From: Acidobacteriota bacterium
Lineage (GTDB): Bacteria > Acidobacteriota > Thermoanaerobaculia > UBA5066 > Gp7-AA6
DNA: 64,000 nucleotides
Assembly (NCBI GenBank): GCA_046725935.1
Contig: JBKOZO010000021.1
Span: 2,752-66,751, forward strand
Reading direction: 5' to 3'
The position numbers and the translations under genes were made by a program. The notes below the pieces were generated by a model. That model did not search any database. It saw nothing but the letters and a program-made list of their open reading frames with translations, and was not told the DNA's origin. This document shows, in pieces, positions 8,999 to 21,472 of this stretch (its first letter is position 1; each line of letters starts with the position of its first letter).

Positions 8999-11900
8999 AT
9001 GCGGCGCGCGCGTTCGGCCGGAGCCTGGCGCAGAGCGCTCCTGCTGGTGGTCTTCACCCTCTCGGGCGCGAGCGGGTTGATCTATGAAGTCCTGTGGACG
9101 CGGCGGCTGACCCACATCTTCGGGTCCACGACGCTGGCCATCTCGACCGTCCTCGCGGCGTTCATGGGGGGACTCGCCCTCGGCAGCGTCCTGCTGGGAG
9201 CCTGGGCCGATCGAAACCGGGATCGGGCGCTGCGCGGCTACGGTGTGCTCGAGATCGCGATCGCCGTCCTGGGGGTCGCGATTCCCTTTCTGCTGAAAGC
9301 CGTTCAGGCGGTCTACCTCGCCGTCGCGCCGGCGCTCGAGACCGTGCCGATGGCGTTTTTCCTGGTCCAGTTCGTTCTCGTCGGTGCCGTGCTTGCCCTG
9401 CCCTGCGCCCTGATGGGCGGGACGCTTCCGATGCTCGCGCGCTGGCTGGTCGGACGCGAGGAGGAGATCGGCGGACGCATTGGCGCGCTCTACGCCGCCA
9501 ACACGCTGGGAGCGTTCGCGGGCACGGCCGCCGCGACATACGGACTCCTGCCCCGCACCGGCGTGCGCCAAGGCGAGCTCGTGGCGGTGGGACTGAACCT
9601 GCTCGCCGGGCTGGTCGCGCTGGCGATGGCGGCGAAACCGAGTCGGGAGTCCCAAGTTCCAGGTCTCATGCCGGAGGAGCCTGCGACGGAGATCCGTCCG
9701 TGGCGCGATGCGCGGCCGATTCTCTGGGCGACGTGTCTGTCGGGATTTGCCTGCATGGTCGACGAGGTGGCGTGGGCCCGGCTGGTGAGCCTCGTGTTCG
9801 GAAGCTCGGTCTACGCGTTCGGGTTGATGCTCCTGTTGTTTCTCGGCGGCATGTCGATCGGCAGTGCGATCTTCGCGCGCCTGCGCTCGGCCGACCCGGC
9901 GCGGGTGCTGGGAGTGGCACTGGTCGCCAATACGGCGGCTTCCCTTCTCGGCATCGCCGCGGTGCCGCACCTCACCGCCGTCTTCATGCGGGGCTTCCCC
10001 GCCGTCCGGGACTCCTTCGCGCTCCAGCAGTGGCTTCAGATTCTGGAGACCGCGCCGGTGCTTCTGCCGTTGTCGGTGCTCTTCGGCATCGCGTTTCCGG
10101 CGGCCGTCGCGGCGGTCTCGGACGTTCCGGGCATGGGCCGCGGCGTGGGACGCGTCACCGCGTGGAACACGGTCGGGACGGTGGGAGGCGCGTTCCTCGG
10201 CGGCTTCGTGCTGATTCCGCGCATCGGGCTTCGCGCGACGCTGACGGTCGGCGCCGCCGCGGCGGCCGTGGGAGGCCTGCTCGTTTTGCGGCGCTCGGGA
10301 TCCGCCGCGTGGCTGCGAGCGGGACTCGTGGCCGCCGGGATCACGCTGCTCGCCGCACTCGTGCTGCCCGCATGGCCGAAGGCGGACCTGACGGCCGGTG
10401 CCGGCTTCTACGCCGCGCTGTACGGCACGACCCAGGGGCTGGAAGCGGCCGAGGGCCGCTCGGAGCTGCTCTTCTACAAGGACGGCATCGCGACGACGCT
10501 CTCGGTCGACAAGCAGGGCGAGCGCCGCTTCTACCGGTCCAACGGGAAGACCGACGCCTCGACGGACCCCGGCGACATGGCGAACCAGCTCCTGCTCGGC
10601 CACCTTCCGATGCTCCTGCACCCCGACCCGAAGGACGTCTTCGTACTGGGCCTCGGGACCGGCGTCTCGGCCGCTGCCGTGGCGCGCTATCCGGTGAAGT
10701 CCATCGACATCTTCGACATCGAGTCCGCATCGCGAGACGCGACCAAGCTCTTCACTCCCGAGAATCGCGACATCCTCTCGGATCCCCGCGTGCGCTTCGT
10801 GGTCGCCGACGGGCGCAACGCGCTCCTGGCGCGGAAGAAGACCTACGACGTGATCATCTCCGACCCGTCCGACGTGTGGGTCGCGGGCGTCGGCAACCTC
10901 TTCACGCGAGAGTTCTACGCGATCGCGCGCTCCCGCCTGAAGCCCGGCGGCGTGATGGTCCAGTGGTTCCACGGACACTCGCTCCCGCCCGAGCAGATGA
11001 AGCTGATCGTCGCGACGTTTCGGTCGGTCTTTCCGCACACGTCGTTCTGGCGGCCCAACCGCGGCGACGTCATCCTGCTCGGCACCGTCGAGCCGACGCC
11101 CTGGGACTTCGCGCGGCTCAAGCAGCGCGCGGCCACGGTCGCGGGCGTCAACGACGACCTGGTCCAGATCGGCTTCTGGCAGCCGCTGTCGATCTTCGCG
11201 GCCTTCGTCCTCGACGGCGACGATCTCTCGCGCATGCTCGCGGGAGTCGAGGGTTTTCACACCGACAACCGGCCGGTCGTCGAGTACCTCGCGCCGCGCG
11301 CGACCTACGACGACACCGCGACCGTGAACGACGTCGGCATCCAGGCCCTGCAGACCAAGCTGCTCCCGCCGATCTCCAACTTCGACGAGAAACGCGACTT
11401 CGACGCCAGAGCGAAGTACCTGCTGGGATTCGGAATGGCCTCGATCGGGCGAGTCGATCCGGCGATCCGTCTGATGGAGCAGAGCGTGGCGGATGAGATC
11501 TCGGACCCGAAGTTCCTCGTCGGGCTGGGAAATCAGTACCGCGCCAAGGGCTGGAACATCAAGGCGATGGCGGCGTACGCGCGGACGCTGGCCCGATCGC
11601 CCGAGGACGACGAAGCCGCGCGAAACCTCGCCGAGCTCCAGCGCGGCCAGGGTGACGACGCGGGCGCCGAGGCGACGCTGCGGGGGGCCCTGCAACGCGT
11701 CCCGGACAACGCTTCGCTGGCTCTGGCCGCCGGAAAGCTCCTCCTCGAGACGAGCCGCGGCGCCGCGGCCGAGCCCCTGCTCGCTCCGGCCCTGGCGAAG
11801 GAGCCTCAAAACGCAGAGCTCCACGTCGTAGCCGGGCGGGCCGTCGCCGCCGCCGGCCAGGTCGACCGGGCGAGGGAGATTCTGCGCAACGCCGCGACGC

Positions 11901-12148
11901 TCGGCCCGCAGGATGCGCAGATCCAGCGCGAAGTCGCCGCGGCGATGCTCGAGCTGGGAGACGCCGAGGGAGCCGCGGCCGCGTACGCGCGCGCCTGCGA
12001 GCTGGAGCCGGGAAGCGTCGAGGCGCACGCCGGACTGGCGCAGGCCTCTTTCCGGCGCGGAGACGTCGCCGCCGGGAGAGAAGCGAGGCGGCGCGCGCTG
12101 GAGCTCGACCCCTACAACTCGGCGATGCTCGCGCTGCCTGCGAACTAG
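8999..12148 (+). CDS. fused polytopic membrane / spermidine-synthase-like aminopropyltransferase / TPR protein
   Basis: About 12 N-terminal TM segments (SGLIYEVLWTRRL...), a class-I MTase/spermidine synthase core (VFVLGLGTGVSA...DVIISDPSD...GGVMVQW) and C-terminal TPR repeats. Confidence 0.85.
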   Translation: MRRARSAGAWRRALLLVVFTLSGASGLIYEVLWTRRLTHIFGSTTLAISTVLAAFMGGLALGSVLLGAWADRNRDRALRGYGVLEIAIAVLGVAIPFLLKAVQAVYLAVAPALETVPMAFFLVQFVLVGAVLALPCALMGGTLPMLARWLVGREEEIGGRIGALYAANTLGAFAGTAAATYGLLPRTGVRQGELVAVGLNLLAGLVALAMAAKPSRESQVPGLMPEEPATEIRPWRDARPILWATCLSGFACMVDEVAWARLVSLVFGSSVYAFGLMLLLFLGGMSIGSAIFARLRSADPARVLGVALVANTAASLLGIAAVPHLTAVFMRGFPAVRDSFALQQWLQILETAPVLLPLSVLFGIAFPAAVAAVSDVPGMGRGVGRVTAWNTVGTVGGAFLGGFVLIPRIGLRATLTVGAAAAAVGGLLVLRRSGSAAWLRAGLVAAGITLLAALVLPAWPKADLTAGAGFYAALYGTTQGLEAAEGRSELLFYKDGIATTLSVDKQGERRFYRSNGKTDASTDPGDMANQLLLGHLPMLLHPDPKDVFVLGLGTGVSAAAVARYPVKSIDIFDIESASRDATKLFTPENRDILSDPRVRFVVADGRNALLARKKTYDVIISDPSDVWVAGVGNLFTREFYAIARSRLKPGGVMVQWFHGHSLPPEQMKLIVATFRSVFPHTSFWRPNRGDVILLGTVEPTPWDFARLKQRAATVAGVNDDLVQIGFWQPLSIFAAFVLDGDDLSRMLAGVEGFHTDNRPVVEYLAPRATYDDTATVNDVGIQALQTKLLPPISNFDEKRDFDARAKYLLGFGMASIGRVDPAIRLMEQSVADEISDPKFLVGLGNQYRAKGWNIKAMAAYARTLARSPEDDEAARNLAELQRGQGDDAGAEATLRGALQRVPDNASLALAAGKLLLETSRGAAAEPLLAPALAKEPQNAELHVVAGRAVAAAGQVDRAREILRNAATLGPQDAQIQREVAAAMLELGDAEGAAAAYARACELEPGSVEAHAGLAQASFRRGDVAAGREARRRALELDPYNSAMLALPAN

Positions 12149-12741
12149 CTAGGGATTCCCGCCGGGGGGGCGAGAGGGCGAAGGCGACGGAACGGCCCCC
12201 GGCGGCCGTTTTCGAAATACCAGGAACGTGTCCCGCGCGCTGCCGTCCTCCTGAAGCGTGCGGGTCTGCCGCGTCCAGGTCTGTCCGCCGTCCCGGAGCC
12301 TCCAGATCATGCGCTGGCGTCCGGCGCTCGGGTTCTCCTCGGTGCCGACGATCGCTTCGATCCAGAGCTCGCCGTCCTTGCCCCAGGCCGCCTGCACCGT
12401 TCCCCTCTGACGTCCGCCCAGGACCTTCTCGTAGGAGCGGCCGTCCACTACGATCTCCTCGGCGAGCAGTCGCCGGCCCTTTCCGCCGATCGGTTCGATC
12501 CAGATGTGATTGCCGGTCTGCCGCACACGGAGGACGGCGTCCTCCATCGCCTGCGAGACGCCCTGGCTCGCCTGCGGGTCCAGGACCCACTCCCCCGAGA
12601 AATTTGGCGGGGACGCGGCCTTCTTCGGGGCCGGAGTTTTCGTGGCCTTCGGCTTCGGAGCCGCCGCGCGCGTCGGCGCCGGCGTCTGCGCGGCGGCGCA
12701 AGCCGCCACGAGGAGCGTGGCGGCGACTCCGGCGAGCTTTC

Positions 12742-12745
<4 letters not shown>
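12149..12745 (-). CDS. secreted hypothetical protein
   Basis: ORF track. Signal peptide [20 protein letters not shown] followed by a Pro/Lys/Ala-rich linker. The start overlaps the uvrA stop by 4 nt. Confidence 0.65.
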
Positions 12746-15588
<2,843 letters not shown>

Positions 15589-15617
15589 TTTGGGAGGCAG
15601 ATTCTATAGGAGGTACT

Positions 15618-15767
15618 GTCATCCCGAGGAGCGGAGCGACGAGACAGCCGTCCACCGAAGGCAAGCCCACGGCCGTAGGCAACGTCGCGCGAAGCGCGGC
15701 GTTCATCCCGTCCTCATACGTGGGTATGGCGCAACAGTCCGGGATCCCTCGCTGCGCTCGAGATGAC
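15618..15767. repeat. MITE/REP-like element with about 26-nt terminal inverted repeats
   Basis: 15618-15643 GTCATCCCGAGGAGCGGAGCGACGAG versus the reverse complement of 15741-15767 GTCATCTCGAGCGCAGCGAGGGATCCC. The 97-nt core contains a 10-bp hairpin at 15681-15703 (AACGTCGCGC GAA GCGCGGCGTT). It sits in the divergent uvrA/marC-family promoter region. Confidence 0.6.
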
Positions 15768-15799
15768 CGTCTCATGCCACGTACTAGTATTCCCGCACC

Positions 15800-16444
15800 G
15801 TGTTTTCCTCGGCAGACGCCAAGTTCGTCGTCCTCGCGTTCTCTTCGCTCTTCTCGGTCATCAACCCGATCGAGGCCGCGCCCATCTTCGTCGCGATGAC
15901 GGCGGGCGCGCCGCAGGAGCGGCGGAGGATGGCGTTCCGGGCCTGTCTCGCCGCGGCTTTGATCCTGGCGCTCTTCGCCCTGACGGGAGGCGCGATCTTC
16001 TCCTTCTTCGGCATCACGCTCCCGGCGTTCCAGATCGCCGGAGGCATTCTCTTCACGAGCATGGGCCTGGCCACGCTGCGCGATGACGACCGACACGATC
16101 GCGTCGAGCAGGCCGACGCTGGCCCGAAGCGGGATCCCTCGGTGGTGCCCCTGGGGATGCCGCTGATCGCGGGCCCCGGCGCGATTTCCACGGTCATGGT
16201 TCTCGTCGGACAGGCGCGTGACGGAGGTCACAGGGCGGCGCTCGCCGTGGCGATCGCGGCCAACATCGTGCTCACGCTCCTCATCCTGCTGGCCGCCCCG
16301 GCGATCGTGACGCGGATCGGCGAAACCGGGCAGCGAATCGTCTCGAAGATCATGGGGTTGATCACCGCCGTCATCGGCGTGCAGTTCGTCTTGAATGGAG
16401 TCGAGAGCGTCGCCTTGTCCATCCTGAAGACGGCCCGGACGTGA
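15800..16444 (+). CDS. MarC-family (UPF0056) integral membrane protein
   Basis: LAFSSLFSVINPIEAAPIFVAMT... and six hydrophobic spans, the typical MarC-family N-terminus. Confidence 0.85.
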   Translation: MFSSADAKFVVLAFSSLFSVINPIEAAPIFVAMTAGAPQERRRMAFRACLAAALILALFALTGGAIFSFFGITLPAFQIAGGILFTSMGLATLRDDDRHDRVEQADAGPKRDPSVVPLGMPLIAGPGAISTVMVLVGQARDGGHRAALAVAIAANIVLTLLILLAAPAIVTRIGETGQRIVSKIMGLITAVIGVQFVLNGVESVALSILKTART

Positions 16445-16524
16445 GGCCATGGGGTGCGCGCGACCTGTCCTTGCGAGCAGCTGAAGCGAGGCGAAGGACA
16501 GGAGACGTAAAGCCCTGACGTCCC

Positions 16525-16530
16525 TATAAT
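16525..16530 (+). promoter_or_regulatory. candidate -10 box TATAAT, 12 nt before the ATG of the c-di-GMP gene
   Basis: Perfect TATAAT at 16525-16530. Weak -35 (GAGACG) at 16502-16507 with 17-nt spacing. ATG is at 16543, implying a near-leaderless mRNA. Confidence 0.3.
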
Positions 16531-16542
16531 TACGGCAACGCG

Positions 16543-19404
16543 ATGAGTGTTCCCGTCCGGGCACTGCTGGTGGATGATTCTGCGTCCAGCGAAGCGCTGG
16601 TTCTCGCCGAACTGCGCAATGGAGGCTTCGACCCGACGCTCGAGCGGGTGACCACCCGGACAGGTCTGGAGGCCGCTCTCGGCGGCGCAGCGTGGGACGT
16701 CGTTCTCTCCGACCTCTTCGCCGCGGAGCTCGACGCATTCGAGGCGATCGCGCTGCTGAAGGAGCGGGACGTCGACATCCCGTTCCTCATCGTCTCCGAA
16801 ACCCTCGGGGAAGAGACCGCGGTGCGCGCGATGAAAGCCGGGGCCCAGAGTTGCATTCCGCGCGCGAGCCTCGCGCGGCTCTGCCCCATCCTCGAACGGG
16901 AACTGCGGGAGGCGCAGATCCGCCGGGAGCGGCGGCAGGCCCAGAAAGCGCTGACCGAGAGCGAGCTGCGCTTCCGCTCGCTGACCGAGTCGTCGCCCGA
17001 CGCGATTCTGACGGTCGACGGCGTCGGGACCCTCCTCTTCGCCAACGGCGCGGCCGGCGCGCTCTTCGGCTACCCCGTCGCCGCTCTGATCGGCCAGGCC
17101 GTCACGTCGCTCGTGCCCGACTATCGCCCGCGGCGGTCGCGGGAACCGGGAAGCTCGATCTCCCGGCACGGCGCGACGGGACGCCACGCCGACGGCCGGA
17201 CGCTGCCGCTCGAGCTGGCATTCGGCGAGCTCGTCCGCGACGGAAAACGCCTGACCACGGTGTTCGTCAGGCCCGCCGGCGAGGCGGCATCCGGCGAAGA
17301 CGCGCTCCGCGAATCCGCGGAGCGCTTCCGCCGCGCGGCTATGCTCTCGAGCGACCTGATCCACGAGTGCGACCGCCAGAGCAACCGGATCGAATGGTTC
17401 GGCGACGTCGACGGCATCCTCGGCTACGCCAGGGGAGAGTTCCCGCGGACCATCGAAGGCTGGCAGAAGGTCATCCATCCGGAGGACCAGGCGCGCGTGG
17501 CCGCAGCCCTGGCGGCCCACTTCGAAACGGGGTCTCCGTTCTTCGAGGAGTACCGGGTCATGCGGCGGGACGGCACGATCCTGCACTGGCACCACTCCGG
17601 AACGATGCTGCCCAGCGCTTCGGGCAAGCCGGCGCGCTGCGTGGGGACCATCCGCGACGTCAGCGGGCGCCGCCAGATCGAGGAGGCGCTGCGCGTTTCG
17701 GAGAAGCGCTACCGCACGCTCTTCGAGCGGAATCTCGCCGGTGTCTACCGCTCGACCCTCGACGGGCGGATCCTTGACTGCAACGAATCCTTCGCGCGCA
17801 TCTTCGGCTACTCCTCTCGCGAGGAGGTCCTCCGGCAGGCCGCGTGGGACTTCTACCAGAAGCCCGAGGACCGCGAGGCGGCCCTGGCCAAGCTGCTCGA
17901 GCGCCAGAGCCTGACGAACTACGAGCTCTGCCTCAAGCGCAAGGACGGAAGCCTGGTCTGGGTCCTCGAGAGCGAGAGCCTGCTCGAGGGCCCCGACGGG
18001 CGCCTGTCGGTGATCGAGGGAACGACCATCGACATCACCGAGCGCAAGCGCGCCGAGGAGCAGGTCAAGCACCTCGCCTTCCACGATCCGCTGACGAACC
18101 TGCCCAACCGCCTCCTCTTCAACGACCGCCTGACGCTGGCCGTAGCGCAGGCCCACCGCCACAACCAGAAGATGGCCGTGCTGTTCCTGGACCTCGACCG
18201 CTTCAAGGTCATCAACGACTCGCTCGGCCACTCCGTCGGCGACGAGCTGCTGCGCCAGGTCGCCGAGCGGATCCAGGAGCACGTGCGCGAGGGCGACACG
18301 GTGGCTCGCCTCGGGGGCGACGAGTTCACGCTGCTGGTGCCGGGAATCAACGTCGAGGAGGACGCCGCCAAGATCGCGAGAAAGATCTGCGACGCGATTC
18401 ACGCCCCGTTCTGGATCGACGGCCGGGAGCTCTTCGTGACGACGAGCCTGGGCGTGTCCGTCTATCCCTCCGACGGCCACGATGCCGAGACTCTGGTGCG
18501 CAACGCCGACTCCGCGATGTACCGGGCCAAGGAGCAGGGCCGCGACAACTACCAGCTCTACACGCCGGCGATGAACGCCAAGGCGATCGAGCGGCTGTCG
18601 CTGGAGAGCCGGCTGCGGCAGGCCGTCGCCAACGACGAGCTGGAGCTGCACTTCCAGCCGTTCATCGACCTGAAGACGGCCGAGGTCCTGGGCGCCGAAG
18701 CGCTGCTGCGCTGGCGGCACCCCGAGCTCGGCCTGATCCCTCCGGGCGAGTTCATCCCGATCGCCGAGCTCTCGGGCCTGATCGTGCCGATCGGCGAGTG
18801 GGTGCTGCGCACGGCGTGCGCCGAAGCGCGCAAGTGGCATCAACAGGGATTCCAGGGGCTCACGGTCTCGGTCAACCTCTCCAGCCGCCAGTTCCAGCAG
18901 ACCGACCTCGTCAGTCAGGTCACGCAGGCACTGGCCGAGACGGGCCTCGAGGCAGACAAGCTGGACCTCGAGATCACCGAGTCCAACGCGATGCAGAACG
19001 CCGAGCATTCGATCAACACGCTGTGGGGCCTCAAGAAGCAGGGCGTGCGCATCTCGATGGACGACTTCGGCACGGGATATTCGTCTCTGAACTACCTCAA
19101 GCGCTTTCCGATCGACCGCATCAAGCTCGACCAGTCGTTCGTCCGCGACCTTCCCGGAGACAAGGACGACGCCGCGATCGCGATGGCGGTCATCGCGATG
19201 GGGCGCAGCCTGGAGCTCGTCGTCATTGCCGAGGGCGTCGAGACCGAAGAGCAGCTGGCGTTCCTGAAGGGACACGAGTGCGACCAGCTGCAGGGCTTTC
19301 TCCTCTCGCGCCCGCTTCCCGGCGAGGCGTTCGAGACCTTCCTGAAGGAGAGCCGGGCGCCGCAGGCCCGGGAGGAGCGCTCGCGCTTCGCGCGAACTCA
19401 CTAA
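16543..19404 (+). CDS. response-regulator receiver / 3x PAS / GGDEF / EAL c-di-GMP turnover protein
   Basis: REC domain with DD, LSD and K intact. Repeated PAS modules. RLGGDEFTLLV (GGDEF) and GAEALLRW...DDFGTGYSSL (EAL). Confidence 0.93.
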   Translation: MSVPVRALLVDDSASSEALVLAELRNGGFDPTLERVTTRTGLEAALGGAAWDVVLSDLFAAELDAFEAIALLKERDVDIPFLIVSETLGEETAVRAMKAGAQSCIPRASLARLCPILERELREAQIRRERRQAQKALTESELRFRSLTESSPDAILTVDGVGTLLFANGAAGALFGYPVAALIGQAVTSLVPDYRPRRSREPGSSISRHGATGRHADGRTLPLELAFGELVRDGKRLTTVFVRPAGEAASGEDALRESAERFRRAAMLSSDLIHECDRQSNRIEWFGDVDGILGYARGEFPRTIEGWQKVIHPEDQARVAAALAAHFETGSPFFEEYRVMRRDGTILHWHHSGTMLPSASGKPARCVGTIRDVSGRRQIEEALRVSEKRYRTLFERNLAGVYRSTLDGRILDCNESFARIFGYSSREEVLRQAAWDFYQKPEDREAALAKLLERQSLTNYELCLKRKDGSLVWVLESESLLEGPDGRLSVIEGTTIDITERKRAEEQVKHLAFHDPLTNLPNRLLFNDRLTLAVAQAHRHNQKMAVLFLDLDRFKVINDSLGHSVGDELLRQVAERIQEHVREGDTVARLGGDEFTLLVPGINVEEDAAKIARKICDAIHAPFWIDGRELFVTTSLGVSVYPSDGHDAETLVRNADSAMYRAKEQGRDNYQLYTPAMNAKAIERLSLESRLRQAVANDELELHFQPFIDLKTAEVLGAEALLRWRHPELGLIPPGEFIPIAELSGLIVPIGEWVLRTACAEARKWHQQGFQGLTVSVNLSSRQFQQTDLVSQVTQALAETGLEADKLDLEITESNAMQNAEHSINTLWGLKKQGVRISMDDFGTGYSSLNYLKRFPIDRIKLDQSFVRDLPGDKDDAAIAMAVIAMGRSLELVVIAEGVETEEQLAFLKGHECDQLQGFLLSRPLPGEAFETFLKESRAPQAREERSRFARTH

Positions 19405-19445
19405 GCCGTCCGGACTTCGGGTCGACTTCAGGTAGGATTCACTTC

Positions 19446-20363
19446 ATGGAAGCTTTTGCGGTCAATTCCACGGAGCCCGTGCGCCTGAAATCCATCTTCT
19501 CGCCGGCCACGCCCGACGAACGCGAGCGGAACTTCGAGTCCTACTGGGCCTTCACGCACGGCCGCGACGGGGACATCCTCGAAGCCGACAAGGACCTGAC
19601 CGTCAAGCGCGACATCCTGGCGCGTTTCCACGCCAATCCGGTGCGGTCGAAGAAGCCTCTCCCCGACCCCGAGCGCTTCTACCGCAACTACGTCAAGCTC
19701 GTGGACGATCCGCGGACGTTCGACCGAAAGACGCTGCTGTTGACCTTCCTCTACAAGTTCGCCCGCCACGAGTGGGCCGGCATCTCCTGCGCCTGGGACG
19801 CCACGCCGTCGATCACCCTCGCGAAACGGACCACCCAGCGCATCAGCCGCTACCACCTCTGCGAAGAGTTCAGCCACGTCCGCCTCTTCCACGAGATGTT
19901 CCGCACCTTCCATCTCGACCGGGTCGAGTGGGTGCCGCCGGGAAACGGGATGCGCCGCATGTACGCCGTCTTCTCGCGCTTCCCCGGCGTGCTCATGAAC
20001 CCGCCGGCGTTCGTCAGCGAGCTGATGGGCCTGACTCTCTATCTCCACATCGACGCCGTTCTCGACGACGTCTTCGGCGACGAGCCCGAGGCCCGGGACC
20101 GCGTCCGGGCGTTGCTGCGCGAGATCATGACCGACGAGATGGCCCACGTCGGCCAGAGGCGCAACTACATCGGCTCCGTGGGCATCCACGTCGCGCGGGC
20201 CATGGTCGGACCGATGTTCCGGGCCTTCTACAAGGACCTGCCGGAGGCCAAGTACCTCTTCGACATCGAGCGCATGGTGGTCGAGGCGCGCGCGTTCCGC
20301 TACGCCACGATGCCGCCCGACGTCATTGCGAAGAGCTGGGTGCCTTCGTACTGTCAGGGTTGA
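19446..20363 (+). CDS. ferritin-like di-iron carboxylate protein (AurF-like oxygenase fold?)
   Basis: Only the last 305 codons of listed ORF 17844-20363 look real (start ATG 19446, MEAFAVNSTEP...). Two E-x-x-H motifs are present: CEEFSHVRLFHEM and MTDEMAHVGQ. Confidence 0.65.
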   Translation: MEAFAVNSTEPVRLKSIFSPATPDERERNFESYWAFTHGRDGDILEADKDLTVKRDILARFHANPVRSKKPLPDPERFYRNYVKLVDDPRTFDRKTLLLTFLYKFARHEWAGISCAWDATPSITLAKRTTQRISRYHLCEEFSHVRLFHEMFRTFHLDRVEWVPPGNGMRRMYAVFSRFPGVLMNPPAFVSELMGLTLYLHIDAVLDDVFGDEPEARDRVRALLREIMTDEMAHVGQRRNYIGSVGIHVARAMVGPMFRAFYKDLPEAKYLFDIERMVVEARAFRYATMPPDVIAKSWVPSYCQG

Positions 20364-20802
20364 GCGCGCGCGTCATCCGGATTCCGTCGCGCCCCAGGCC
20401 GTAGTAGTCGGGCAGAGGGCGAACCTTCCGAAACCCCATCCGCTCGTAGAACCGGATCGCGTTCGCGTTCTTTACGTCGACCTCGAGCCGCACGTCCCTG
20501 GCTCCGGCCGCCGCCATTCGCGCCCAGACCTCCGCGAGGAGCCGCTGACCCAGCCCGCGCCGGCGCTCCCCTCCGGCAATGTCGATCGTGATCAGGTGGC
20601 CGCGGCGTCCCGCGACGTCGCCGATGGCGAGGGCGACCATCTCTTCCCCCTTCTCCGCGACGAGACCGATCGCTCCTTCGCGAGACAGGAACGCGCGGAT
20701 CTGCCCCCGCGTGTACGCGATTCCGGGCTCGAAACACGATTGATCCAGCTGGTGCATGGCTTCGAGGTCTCGCTGGAGGTCGACTTCCCGAATGGTGATC
20801 AC
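20323..20802 (-). CDS. GNAT-family N-acetyltransferase (RimI-like)
   Basis: GTG 20802 gives MITIREVDLQRDLEAMHQLDQ... The acetyl-CoA motif RRRGLGQRLL and ...NANAIRFYERMGF are present. Confidence 0.8.
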   Translation of the reverse strand: MITIREVDLQRDLEAMHQLDQSCFEPGIAYTRGQIRAFLSREGAIGLVAEKGEEMVALAIGDVAGRRGHLITIDIAGGERRRGLGQRLLAEVWARMAAAGARDVRLEVDVKNANAIRFYERMGFRKVRPLPDYYGLGRDGIRMTRALNPDSTKAPSSSQ

Positions 20803-20824
20803 GCTCTTGAGGCCCAGGAACCAT

Positions 20825-21304
20825 TTACCGGCGCCGCATCTCCCGCTCGGCTTCCCGTTTCTGGTCGCGCTCCCGGATGGCATCGCGCTTGTCGTGCAGC
20901 TTCTTGCCCTTGACGAGCGCGATCTCCGCCTTCGCCCGGGGACCCTTGAAGTACAGGGACAGCGGCACGCACGCCACGCCTCGGGTCGCCACCGCCCCGG
21001 CCCATCGATCCAGCTCTCGACGGTGCGCGAGAACCTTCCGGTCCCGCTCCGGGAGATGGTTCGTCCACGAGCCGGAGGCGTAGGGAGAGATGTGGACCCC
21101 GACGAGATAGGCCTCCCCTCCCCGGAACTGGACGTAGGAGTCCTTCAACTGCGCCCTGCCGTCCCGGAGGGACTTCACCTCGGTCCCCGTCAGCACGAGC
21201 CCGACCTCCATGCGGTCGTCGATGAAGTAGTCGTGGAATGCCTTCCGATTGGTCGCCACGGTCCGGATCGAGTCGGCCGACGGCTTCACGCTGTGCGGCT
21301 TCAT
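20825..21304 (-). CDS. smpB: SsrA-binding protein
   Basis: ATNRKAFHDYFIDDRMEVGLVLTGTEVKSLR...LSLYFKG..AKAEIALVKGKKLHDKR. Confidence 0.95.
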   Translation of the reverse strand: MKPHSVKPSADSIRTVATNRKAFHDYFIDDRMEVGLVLTGTEVKSLRDGRAQLKDSYVQFRGGEAYLVGVHISPYASGSWTNHLPERDRKVLAHRRELDRWAGAVATRGVACVPLSLYFKGPRAKAEIALVKGKKLHDKRDAIRERDQKREAEREMRRR

Positions 21305-21472
21305 GGCTGGGCCGCGAGTCTAACCCGAGGATTCCGGCGGGCCTCGTGTGGCTGTCCAGCCACAGTGCTGTGCAACTTTCACCACTCCCATCTTCCTGGC
21401 CAGATTTCGGTCGTTTGTGCTAAGCTTCTCAACCGCAAGGGGATAGCAAAAGCTTCACACACCCCTTGAAAT

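Noticed and set aside
8951-12028. 1025-aa ORF antisense to the spermidine-synthase/TPR gene
   Set aside because: Extremely Arg/Gly/Pro/Asp-rich with no recognisable motif. It mirrors a strongly supported + strand gene. This is the typical high-GC shadow frame, where stop codons are rare.
16228-19401. 1057-aa ORF antisense to the REC-PAS-GGDEF-EAL gene
   Set aside because: Same shadow-ORF signature (Arg/Leu/Gly/Glu runs, no domains). The opposite strand carries unambiguous GGDEF and EAL motifs.
17844-20363. 839-aa + strand ORF reading through the 3' half of the GGDEF-EAL gene
   Set aside because: The first ~530 codons are an off-frame shadow of the c-di-GMP gene. Only the part from ATG 19446 has protein-like composition and the ExxH motifs.
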